Shown one piece after another: positions 21,416 to 30,420 of a stretch of 64,000 nt of DNA. The position numbers and the translations under genes are program-made. The notes under the pieces were generated by a model that saw only the letters and a list, made by a program, of their open reading frames with translations, ran no database searches and was not told where the DNA came from. Source of the DNA: an uncultured Acidobacteriota bacterium (lineage in GTDB: Bacteria > Acidobacteriota > UBA6911); contig CAYZTZ010000003.1 in the NCBI GenBank assembly GCA_964481255.1, positions 1,174 to 65,173 of the forward strand, given 5' to 3'. Numbering within the stretch: the first letter of the stretch is position 1; every line of letters starts with the position of its first letter.

Positions 21416-21844
21416 ATGAAAACTCAGACGGAACCTGAAGCCCCCGCGGAATACCGGCCGCCCTACCCTCAGGCGGGGACTTTCATGACCGTGGGGGCAT
21501 GCGTCGCCGGAGCCTGCGTGCCGGGGCTGGGACACGCTTTGCTGAGAAAATGGGACCGGGCGATTGTGTTTTTCGGCAGTATCGCGGTCATGTTCGCCCT
21601 CGGGCTCAGGCTTGAAGGCAGGCTCTTCGGCCCTGATTTCGGCACCTTTTTCTCCACCTTGAAGTTCCTGGCGGACGCCGGTTCCGGGTTGTTTTACTGG
21701 GTCTCGATGCTTGGAGGTTCCGGCGCCGGCGACCCCACGGCCTACACCTACGATTACGGCAACGTTTTCATTTATGTCGCCGGGCTTCTGAATATGCTTG
21801 TCGTGATCGACGCCTTCGATATCTCCATGGGCAGAAAGCGATGA
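21416..21844 (+). CDS. hypothetical multi-pass membrane protein
   Basis: Pro-rich N-terminus followed by 3-4 hydrophobic segments (GLGHALLRKWDRAIVFFGSIAVMFALGL...). Confidence 0.55.
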   Translation: MKTQTEPEAPAEYRPPYPQAGTFMTVGACVAGACVPGLGHALLRKWDRAIVFFGSIAVMFALGLRLEGRLFGPDFGTFFSTLKFLADAGSGLFYWVSMLGGSGAGDPTAYTYDYGNVFIYVAGLLNMLVVIDAFDISMGRKR

Positions 21845-22014
21845 AAAATCACCTCCTGATGCTGCTGATTTTCAGTATCCTGACGTCGCTGGTTCTGGCT
21901 TTCATCACCAAGGACGGAATGAAGGAGCGCGTCAAGTACTTTTTATTTCTCCTTGGATCGTTCGTTTTCCTCTCTCTGCTGACCGGCTGGCTGATGTACC
22001 CGTTCCCCTTTTAG
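21841..22014 (+). CDS. small two-TM membrane protein, 57 aa (below the ORF-track size cutoff)
   Basis: My own translation: MKNHLLMLLIFSILTSLVLAFITKDGMKERVKYFLFLLGSFVFLSLLTGWLMYPFPF. Its ATG overlaps the upstream stop (ATGA). Confidence 0.45.
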   Translation: MKNHLLMLLIFSILTSLVLAFITKDGMKERVKYFLFLLGSFVFLSLLTGWLMYPFPF

Positions 22015-22089
22015 GCGGACCCCGTCGGCACGCGGGGCGTTTGCCGAAACCGCCGCCGGTCGCCGGAGCGCGCTGCAACGGAGACCGCA

Positions 22090-22833
22090 GTGAATTATTC
22101 AGGCCGGACGGCCATTGTGACGGGGGCGGCCCGCGGGATCGGCCGCGCCATCAGCCTTGAGCTGGCCCGCCGGGGCTGCAACGTCGCCTTCAATTACTCC
22201 CAAAGCGCTTCCCAGGCAGAACGCCTGGCCTCCGAAATCCAGGACATGGGGCGCGGCGTCTATTTCTGCAAGGCTCCCGTCGAGGACTCCGAGGCCGCGC
22301 AGGCCATGGTCCAAGAGGTTCAGAAGCGGTTCGGCGGCGTGGATTACCTGGTCAACAACGCGGGCGTCATCCGCGACCGCCTGATTCTGCGGATGAGCGA
22401 GACCGACTGGGACGACGTCCTGAACACGAACCTCAAAGGGGCGTTCAACTATTGCAGGGCGGTGGCGCCCCTCATGGTCAAGGCGCGCTTCGGATCGATC
22501 CTCAACGTGACCTCGGTCAGCGGAATCGTGGGCAGCCCCGGGCAGTCCAACTATTCCGCGTCGAAAGCGGGGCTGATCGGTCTCACCAAGTCCATGGCGA
22601 AGGAGCTTGCAGGCCGCAATATTACGGTCAACGCGCTGGCGCTCGGACTGATCGACAGCGACATGACGCGGTCGCTGCGCGAAGATTACATGTCCGGCAT
22701 GGTGAAAAGGATTCCTCTCGGCCGCTTTGGAGCCGCGGAGGAAGTGGCGCGCGTCGCCGCATTCCTGCTTTCCGATGACGCGCGATACATCACCGGGCAG
22801 GTCATCCAGATGGACGGCGGCCTGGCGATGTAG
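22090..22833 (+). CDS. fabG: 3-oxoacyl-[ACP] reductase (SDR family)
   Basis: TGAARGIGRAI, NNAG, and the YSASKAG catalytic motif. GTG start. Confidence 0.85.
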   Translation: MNYSGRTAIVTGAARGIGRAISLELARRGCNVAFNYSQSASQAERLASEIQDMGRGVYFCKAPVEDSEAAQAMVQEVQKRFGGVDYLVNNAGVIRDRLILRMSETDWDDVLNTNLKGAFNYCRAVAPLMVKARFGSILNVTSVSGIVGSPGQSNYSASKAGLIGLTKSMAKELAGRNITVNALALGLIDSDMTRSLREDYMSGMVKRIPLGRFGAAEEVARVAAFLLSDDARYITGQVIQMDGGLAM

Positions 22834-22931
22834 CCGATGGCGCACGCGATCGCGGCCGCGCTCCCAAAAGCCTTTTGCGAAACACTCGCGTTGACGACCG
22901 CGCGCCGGATGGGCTCGGGAACGCCGCCGGG

Positions 22932-22973
22932 AAATTCAGGATGTCGAATTCCGATTGCGGAATGCGGACCGGC
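22932..22973 (+). repeat. degenerate GAAT heptad array, upstream of radC
   Basis: AAATTCA GGATGTC GAATTCC GATTGCG GAATGCG GACCGGC. Contains the hairpin ATTCCG-attg-CGGAAT. Confidence 0.45.
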
Positions 22974-23009
22974 CGGCATCCCGCGCGAAGATTCCAGGAG
23001 CCGAATGCC

Positions 23010-23033
23010 CGCGGCCGCTCCGCGATTTTTCTT
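23010..23033 (+). terminator. weak intrinsic-terminator-like hairpin downstream of fabG
   Basis: CGCGG-ccgct-CCGCG followed by ATTTTTCTT. Confidence 0.3.
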
Positions 23034-23134
23034 GTCGTTTCTCCCCCCGCGCCCGTTAGATGTACGTAGGAAAAGGTCGCGACAGGCGACCTGGGATTGT
23101 CCGCCGTCGTTCGACCGTCCGTCGTGAATCTTCT

Positions 23135-23827
23135 ATGCGCACGGGAAGCGATCCGCAGACGACCGTCCATCGGTGGAGTCACGGCGCCGATGCGGCAACA
23201 TTGGACCTTTTGGCGAACGTGCTCGGGCACGGGCGCCGGAGCGCGGCGGCCTACGCAGCCTGCGCGCGATTGCTGGACCGCTTCGAATCGGTTCAGGGGA
23301 TGGCTCAAGCCACTCTGGAGGAGATCCGCCTGGCGGGAAAACTCTCGGGGCGGCAGGCCTCGGCCCTGCACTGCGCCCTTCAGCTCGGGCGGCACGCGTG
23401 CTCCAATCCGCTGCGCGCAGGGGACCGCTTTTCCAACAGCAGGGATATCTACTATCGATACCGCGCGAGGTTCTTTTCCGCCGACCGGGAATATTTTCTT
23501 TCCCTGCACCTCAATTCCAAGAACCGTCTGATCCGTGAAGCGCTCGTTTCCATTGGCAGCCTGAGCGCTTCGGTCGTTCATCCGAGGGAGGTCTTCGCGC
23601 CCGCCGTGCGCGACAGCACATCCGCCGTCATCTTCATTCACAACCACCCGTCGGGGGACCCGGCCCCAAGCAGGGAGGACAGGGAATGCACGCAGAGGCT
23701 CATTCACGCAGGACAGATCCTCGGCATCCGGGTCCTGGATCACATTGTGCTGGGCCGGGACGACTACTACAGCTTCGCGGACGCGGGGATGCTTGGCGAA
23801 GGTCTGTCGGTCGCCGACAGGCTGTAA
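23135..23827 (+). CDS. radC: RadC-family JAB-domain protein
   Basis: N-terminal HhH-like region and the C-terminal JAMM motif HNHPSGDPAPSREDRECT. Confidence 0.85.
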   Translation: MRTGSDPQTTVHRWSHGADAATLDLLANVLGHGRRSAAAYAACARLLDRFESVQGMAQATLEEIRLAGKLSGRQASALHCALQLGRHACSNPLRAGDRFSNSRDIYYRYRARFFSADREYFLSLHLNSKNRLIREALVSIGSLSASVVHPREVFAPAVRDSTSAVIFIHNHPSGDPAPSREDRECTQRLIHAGQILGIRVLDHIVLGRDDYYSFADAGMLGEGLSVADRL

Positions 23828-23966
23828 CCTGTCAACCGAAAGCCGCGCGGTACAGCCTCCCATGCCGATCCGTTTGCGGGCCCCGGTTTTGCCGGGGAGA
23901 CGGCATCCGACTGCTGAACGCTGGAGGGCCCGATGCTCCGGCGGCAAGCTGGAAGCTGGACATGGC

Positions 23967-24001
23967 GAATATCGAATGTAGAATGTCGAATGCGGGACCG
24001 C
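23967..24001 (+). repeat. GAAT heptad array, downstream of radC and upstream of pfkB
   Basis: GAATATC GAATGTA GAATGTC GAATGCG GGACCGC, with four GAAT at an exact 7-nt period. Its end is homologous to the 22960-22971 array. Confidence 0.5.
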
Positions 24002-24157
24002 AGAGCGCCGGGCCGGAGCTTCGGAATTCATCGCTCGATATTCTGCGGTTCGAAAAGCTCGTAGGCAGCGATTAAGCCTGTTGCCGTCGGGCTTCTTTTG
24101 AGGGAGGCGATTCTAAAACCGCCGGCGTTGCCGGCGGATAATTGGAACGGCGTGTGT

Positions 24158-25159
24158 ATGAGCATCAAGCGCCCGCGGACCCCATCGGATACTTTTGATC
24201 TGTCTTTTCCCGAGAGAAAGGCCTTCGATCTTGTCGGTTTCGGTTTCAATTCCGTCGACCTCGTCTGCGTCGTGGAGCGATATCCCCCCTGCGGGGCCAA
24301 AAGCGAAATACTTCGGTTTGAAAGGATGCCGGGCGGCCAGGCGGCGACAGCGGTCATTTTCGCATCGCGAATGGGTCTTAATTCAAGATATATCGGAAAA
24401 ACAGGCGGAGACGATTTTGGGCGGATGTCCCTTGAGGCCCTCAGGTCGGAGGGGATCGATATATCTAATGTATTTGTTGAAGAAAATGCATATAACCAAT
24501 TATCAATCATAACAATTGATAAATCCACCGGGGAACGGACCGTGCTGTGGAAAATGGACGGCAGGCTGAATTTCATGGAGGGCGAACTGAAAAGGGATGC
24601 CGTATGCGCCGGCAAGGTCTTCCTCCTTGACGGGTGCGACCCGGAAACGGCTCTGAGAGCGTCCGGCTGGTGCCGGGAGGAGGGCATACCGGTTGTGGCG
24701 GATCTGGACCACGTGGTCCCGCACTGCGCGAAGCTCCTCAAAAACGTGGATTTTCTTATAGCCGACGAGCATTTCCCGTCGGAGCTCATGGGCGTCGAGG
24801 AACCGGTCCGCGCCTTGCGAGGGCTCGCGGACCGGTTCGATGGTTTCCTGGCCGTCACTCTGGGCGCCCGGGGCGCAGCGGCGATGGTGGGCGGCGAGAG
24901 CGTCCTTTTCCCGGGCCTGAATATCCGCGCCGTGGACACGACCGGCGCAGGCGATATTTTCCATGGAGCCTTTATCTACGGGCTTTTGAAGAACTGGCCT
25001 CTTCAAAAGATCATGGCGTTTGCCAATGCGGCGGCGGGACTCGGCTGCATGCATCTGGGCGCCCGGGCGGGAATCCGTCCTCTCCCGGAAATCGAGCGTT
25101 GCGCCGAGGAACTGCTCTGCTTTGAAGCCTCTGGCCGGCGGGGCGCGGCGCCTGTATAA
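24158..25159 (+). CDS. PfkB-family carbohydrate/nucleoside kinase
   Basis: C-terminal VDTTGAGDIFHGAFIYG is the ribokinase-family signature. Substrate unknown. The track ORF begins at a TTG at 24098. Confidence 0.8.
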   Translation: MSIKRPRTPSDTFDLSFPERKAFDLVGFGFNSVDLVCVVERYPPCGAKSEILRFERMPGGQAATAVIFASRMGLNSRYIGKTGGDDFGRMSLEALRSEGIDISNVFVEENAYNQLSIITIDKSTGERTVLWKMDGRLNFMEGELKRDAVCAGKVFLLDGCDPETALRASGWCREEGIPVVADLDHVVPHCAKLLKNVDFLIADEHFPSELMGVEEPVRALRGLADRFDGFLAVTLGARGAAAMVGGESVLFPGLNIRAVDTTGAGDIFHGAFIYGLLKNWPLQKIMAFANAAAGLGCMHLGARAGIRPLPEIERCAEELLCFEASGRRGAAPV

Positions 25160-25180
25160 TCCGGGTGTGGTTTTCCAAAA

Positions 25181-25786
25181 ATGAAAAACATCTTTTTCTT
25201 TGATGTGGATACTCAGAGGGATTTCATGCTGAAGACGGGGGCCCTCTCCGTGCCGGGGGCGGAGCGAATCATTCCCAAGCTGCGCCGCTTGTTCGACTTC
25301 GCGCGCAATCACAATATATTCGTGCTGTCGAGCGCCGACGCCCACGCCGCCGACGACCCTGAGTTTCAGGAGTTCCCCCCTCACTGCGTCAAGGGAACCG
25401 AAGGGCAGCGCAAAATAGACGAAACGCTTTTGTACCGTCCGCTCGTCGTTGAAAACAGGCCCGCGGACCGTAATCTCGCGGAAGCGGTGCGGCGCCACCG
25501 GCAGATCATCGTCGAAAAGCAGACTCTGGACGTTTTCGACAATCCCGTGACGGAGCGTCTGTTGCGCGTTTTGCCCCCGCGCGCGATCGTTTTCGGCGTC
25601 GCGACCGAATACTGCGTCAAAAAGGCATGTCTCGGTCTGCGCCGCCGCGGTGTGCAGACGGTGCTGGTCACGGACGCCGTTCGGGCTCTCGCCCCGAAGT
25701 CGGAGAGGGAGGCCCTGGAGGAAATGAAGCGTGCCGGCGTTGATTTCATCGCCCTGGACGCTCTCCTGGCCGCGAGCGCGGAGTGA
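25181..25786 (+). CDS. isochorismatase-family cysteine hydrolase (nicotinamidase-like)
   Basis: FFFDVDTQRDF (Asp), IVEKQ (Lys) and VATEYCV (Cys) fit the family catalytic triad. Confidence 0.8.
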   Translation: MKNIFFFDVDTQRDFMLKTGALSVPGAERIIPKLRRLFDFARNHNIFVLSSADAHAADDPEFQEFPPHCVKGTEGQRKIDETLLYRPLVVENRPADRNLAEAVRRHRQIIVEKQTLDVFDNPVTERLLRVLPPRAIVFGVATEYCVKKACLGLRRRGVQTVLVTDAVRALAPKSEREALEEMKRAGVDFIALDALLAASAE

Positions 25787-25956
25787 GGCATCCATTGTCT
25801 TCGGGCTGTTTTCGAGAGCGGCCGCGCGAGGCGAAGATTTGTCGGAATAGCCGCGAATTGCAGCATCCCTTGTGAAATTCATGCAATCCGTGGTCCCTTT
25901 TGCCGCTGCGGCGGAGTCGTTTCGTGTCTCGAGACCGCAAAGCGAAGCTTGTGTTC

Positions 25957-27102
25957 ATGGAATTCAGCGTAAGTCCGGGCGTCTACGTTCACGTGCCCTT
26001 TTGCAGGTCCAGGTGCAATTACTGCCACTTTGTCAGGGTGCCCATGGAGGACGCCGTTGCGGAAAGGTACGTGAAGGCGGTCGCGGCGGAAATAGAGCGT
26101 TTTCGCGATTCCCGCGCGCTCCCGCAGGCGGTGGATTCCATTTACCTTGGAGGCGGGACCCCGAGCCTGCTGGCGCCGGGGGGCGTGGAGGCGATCCTGT
26201 CCGCCTGCCGCCGGTCTTTTTCAATTGCAGCGGATTGTGAAATATCCATGGAGGTCAATCCCGGAAGCCTCTCGGCCGGCGACGCCCGCGCTTGTCTCAG
26301 GTCCGGGGTCAACAGGATTTCCCTGGGAGCCCAGTCCTTTGAAGACCGGGAATTGGCCGCCGTCGGACGGAACCATGATTCGGCCATGATCCCCGAAAGC
26401 GTCGGCCTTCTGCGGGCGAACGGATTCGTCAATATCAACCTCGATTTGATGCTGGGCCTGCCGCTGCAGACGGCGGCGAGCTGGAGGGACAGTCTGCGCA
26501 AAGCGCAGGACATGGCCGTTCCGCATATTTCCGTATACATGCTGGACCTGGATGAGGGATGTCCCCTGAAGTCTCTCGTGCAGAGCGGGTCCGTCCCGCT
26601 CCCCGATGAGGAGCTCTTGTCGGACATGTATCTGGAGACGGTCGAACGCCTGCAGCGCTCGGGATATCTCCAATACGAGATAAGCAACTTCTGCCTGCCG
26701 GGCTTCGCCTGCCGTCATAATCTCAAATACTGGACGCGCGTTCCGGTTTACGGTTTCGGCCTTGCAAGCCACTCCTTCGACGGCCTTTCGAGGAGCGCGA
26801 ATTATTCCCGTATGGACGCCTATCTTGGGTCCGTGGAAGCCGGAGGCAGTCCTGTGCAATGGCGCGAGACGGTGACCGGGCGCCGGGCGTTGCAGGAGAC
26901 TCTTTTCCTGGGGTTGCGTTTGAAGCAGGGCGTGGACTGGAAAAGGTTGGAAGATGGCTTCGCGAACGGGGAGGCGGGGAGGTACAGGGATTCCATGCGG
27001 TCCCTTGCCGAAGGGAATCTGATCGAATGGGAGGATTGCGTCGTGCGTCTCACGCCTCGCGGGATGCTTCTTTCCAACGAAATTTTCCAGCTTTTTGTAT
27101 AA
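25957..27102 (+). CDS. hemW: radical SAM heme chaperone HemW (HemN-like)
   Basis: VYVHVPFCRSRCNYCHF is a CxxxCxxC radical SAM motif. Also GGGTPS, and a C-terminal HemN_C-like region. Confidence 0.85.
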   Translation: MEFSVSPGVYVHVPFCRSRCNYCHFVRVPMEDAVAERYVKAVAAEIERFRDSRALPQAVDSIYLGGGTPSLLAPGGVEAILSACRRSFSIAADCEISMEVNPGSLSAGDARACLRSGVNRISLGAQSFEDRELAAVGRNHDSAMIPESVGLLRANGFVNINLDLMLGLPLQTAASWRDSLRKAQDMAVPHISVYMLDLDEGCPLKSLVQSGSVPLPDEELLSDMYLETVERLQRSGYLQYEISNFCLPGFACRHNLKYWTRVPVYGFGLASHSFDGLSRSANYSRMDAYLGSVEAGGSPVQWRETVTGRRALQETLFLGLRLKQGVDWKRLEDGFANGEAGRYRDSMRSLAEGNLIEWEDCVVRLTPRGMLLSNEIFQLFV

Positions 27103-27123
27103 GACGATCGGACGGGTGATTCC

Positions 27124-28155
27124 ATGATTGATCTGCGAAGCGACACGGTGACGCGGCCGACGCAGGAGATGCGGGCGGCGATGGCGGCGGCGGAAGTAGG
27201 GGACGACGTCTATATGGAGGATCCGACGGTCAACCGTCTCCAGGCCCGAGCCGCCGAAATTTTCCAAAAGGAGGCGGCTCTCTTTGTGCCTTCCGGGACG
27301 ATGGGCAACCAGATCGCCATACGCGTCCATACCAGTCCGGGCCAGGAGGTGATCACCGAGGCGAGGGCGCACATCTATGAGTTCGAGATGGCCGCAATGG
27401 CGGCGATCAGCGGCGTTCTCGCCCGCCCCGTCCCCGCGCCGGACGGCATTCTCGACTGGGACAGGATCCGCCCGGCGATCCGCCCGAAAATATATTACCG
27501 CGCTCAAACGGCCCTGATCGCTCTGGAAAACACCCACAACATGGCCGGGGGAACCGTTTATACGGAAGGGCAATTGGCGGAAATCTGCGCGCGGGCCCAT
27601 GATGCCGGACTGCCGGTCCACCTGGACGGCGCGCGCATCTTCAATGCCGCTGCGGCCCTCGGGACGGATGTCGCCAGTCTTACCCGGTCCTGCGATTCGG
27701 TCATGTTCTGTCTTTCGAAGGGCCTGGCGGCGCCTGTGGGCTCCATGCTGCTGGGGCCGGAGAAATTTATTGAAAAGGCAAGGAGCGTGCGCAAAATGCT
27801 GGGCGGAGGGATGCGGCAGGCCGGCGTTCTGGCCGCGGCGGGACTCGTGGCTCTGGAAAAAATGCCGGCGAGACTGGAGGAGGACCATCGCAACGCCCGC
27901 CTTCTGGCGGAGTTGCTGCGGGAAGTGCCCGGCCTGGAGGTGGAGCCCGAGCGGGTGCGCACCAATATCCTGATGGTCGGAATTTCGCTCGGCGGCATGG
28001 ACGGCGAGAAGCTTGTCGCCCTGCTTAGGAGCAAGGGTGTTTTGATATCGGCGCTGGATTCGGCTCGCGTCCGTCTGGTGACTCACAAGGACATAAGCAG
28101 CGACGATATCCGTCAGGCCGCAGACCGATTCAGGGAGGCGCTCCGGGGTCTTTAG
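27124..28155 (+). CDS. ltaE: low-specificity L-threonine aldolase
   Basis: [13 protein letters not shown]...[12 protein letters not shown], with a PLP-lysine region CLSKGL. Confidence 0.85.
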   Translation: MIDLRSDTVTRPTQEMRAAMAAAEVGDDVYMEDPTVNRLQARAAEIFQKEAALFVPSGTMGNQIAIRVHTSPGQEVITEARAHIYEFEMAAMAAISGVLARPVPAPDGILDWDRIRPAIRPKIYYRAQTALIALENTHNMAGGTVYTEGQLAEICARAHDAGLPVHLDGARIFNAAAALGTDVASLTRSCDSVMFCLSKGLAAPVGSMLLGPEKFIEKARSVRKMLGGGMRQAGVLAAAGLVALEKMPARLEEDHRNARLLAELLREVPGLEVEPERVRTNILMVGISLGGMDGEKLVALLRSKGVLISALDSARVRLVTHKDISSDDIRQAADRFREALRGL

Positions 28156-28280
28156 GGGACGTCCTTTATATGGTGCCGGGCTGGGCCTGCGGGAATGTGA
28201 AACCAGTGTTTGCGCGGCTGGATGCGTGACACGTCCGCGTGATCCGGCAGGCGCAGATCGGACTGTCAAGGCGGGGGTTT

Positions 28281-29144
28281 ATGGAAGAGGTCAAGATCGG
28301 AATCATCGGGGGAAGCGGCTTATATGACATGCCGGGGCTGACCGGACGGAGTGAGATTGAAATGGAGACTCCCTTCGGCTCTCCTTCGGACGCCATGGTT
28401 GTCGGCTCGCTGGCGGGCCGGCGGGTGGCTTTTCTGGCGCGCCACGGCAGGGGACACCGGTATATGCCGTCGGAGCTAAACTTCCGGGCCAATATCTACG
28501 CGATGAAAATGCTGGGCGTGGAGCGGATCCTTTCGGTCAGCGCCGTCGGCTCCCTCAAGGAGGAGATTGCGCCGCTCGATGTCCTTCTGCCGGACCAGTT
28601 TTTCGACCGCACGCGCGGGCGGATCTCCACCTTTTTCGGCGACGGCCTGGTGGCGCATATCGCCTTCGGCGACCCCGTCTGCCCCGATCTGTTGGAGCAG
28701 GTCTACCAGGCGTCATGCAAGGCGGGGAAACCGGCCCGGAAGGGGGGGACCTACGTATGCATGGAAGGCCCCGCGTTTTCGACCCGGGCCGAATCCAACC
28801 TGTACAGGGCCTGGGGCATGGACGTCATCGGGATGACCAATCTGCAGGAGGCGAAGCTGGCCCGGGAGGCGGAAATATGCTACGCCACAATCGCCCTGGT
28901 GACCGACTATGATTGCTGGCACGAATCCCACGAAACCGTCAGCGCGGACATGATCGTCGATAATCTGCAGAAGAACTGCCAGGCCGCGCAGTCGATTCTT
29001 GCCCAGACCGTCCGGGACATGAAGGATCGGAGGGACTGCCGGTGCGGCAGCGCTCTCCAGTACGCCATGATAACCGATAGGAGCGCGATTCCGGACAAGA
29101 CCAGGAAACGGCTCGACGTCATCATCGGCAAATACATGGCCTGA
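28281..29144 (+). CDS. mtnP: S-methyl-5'-thioadenosine phosphorylase
   Basis: KIGIIGGSGLY, FLARHGRGH and VIGMTNLQEAKLAREAEICY are MTAP/PNP-family motifs. ATG at 28281 is preceded by GGCGGGGG. Confidence 0.88.
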   Translation: MEEVKIGIIGGSGLYDMPGLTGRSEIEMETPFGSPSDAMVVGSLAGRRVAFLARHGRGHRYMPSELNFRANIYAMKMLGVERILSVSAVGSLKEEIAPLDVLLPDQFFDRTRGRISTFFGDGLVAHIAFGDPVCPDLLEQVYQASCKAGKPARKGGTYVCMEGPAFSTRAESNLYRAWGMDVIGMTNLQEAKLAREAEICYATIALVTDYDCWHESHETVSADMIVDNLQKNCQAAQSILAQTVRDMKDRRDCRCGSALQYAMITDRSAIPDKTRKRLDVIIGKYMA

Positions 29145-29164
29145 GTATCGGCCGGAGAGCTTCG

Positions 29165-29310
29165 CTCCTTGAATTCCCCGCGCGCCGGATAGGATGATCG
29201 AGGGCGCAACATTATCATCCGGCGCGGGGATTTCAGAAGCCGGGAGCCGGAATGGATCCGGCCTTCTTGCTTCCAAAACGGGGACAAAATCCTCGTTGCG
29301 CCTCAAATAA
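29165..29310 (-). repeat. copy B (inverted) of the ~150-nt multi-hairpin repeat element
   Basis: The reverse complement aligns to 10752-10900, e.g. GCCGTTATTTGAGGCGCAACGAGGATTTTGTCCCCGTTTTGGAAGCAAGAAGGCCGGATCCATTCCGGCTCCCGGCTTCTGAAATCCCCGCGCC versus copy A. Confidence 0.7.
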
Positions 29311-29346
29311 CGGCGCAACTGCGGCGTCGGGCCGTGCGGAGGGCGC

Positions 29347-30261
<915 letters not shown>

Positions 30262-30420
30262 AGGCCCCGGCGGAACCCTTTTCGCGCATTTCGCGGCACG
30301 GCGTGCTTTTAATCCAATGGAGGCGACGATGCGGGGGGAAACCGCAGATTGCGCGGATTGCTCCGATGGTCTTGCACCGGCCCGTGAAATCCGCAGCCCT
30401 TTTCTTTCAGGAGACGCGTC

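Noticed and set aside
23135-23827. radC as cargo of a mobile or defence element, because it is bracketed by direct repeats.
   Set aside because: The protein has the standard full-length RadC architecture. GC content and codon usage match the surroundings and no recombinase is nearby. The repeats are more simply read as recurring upstream motifs, so mobility is not supported.
24490-24530. A Fur box inside pfkB.
   Set aside because: ATTATCA and TGATAAA resemble Fur half-sites, but their order (ATTATCA-N9-TGATAA) is the reverse of the 7-1-7 TGATAAT-N-ATTATCA arrangement. The site is intragenic and no iron-related gene is nearby.
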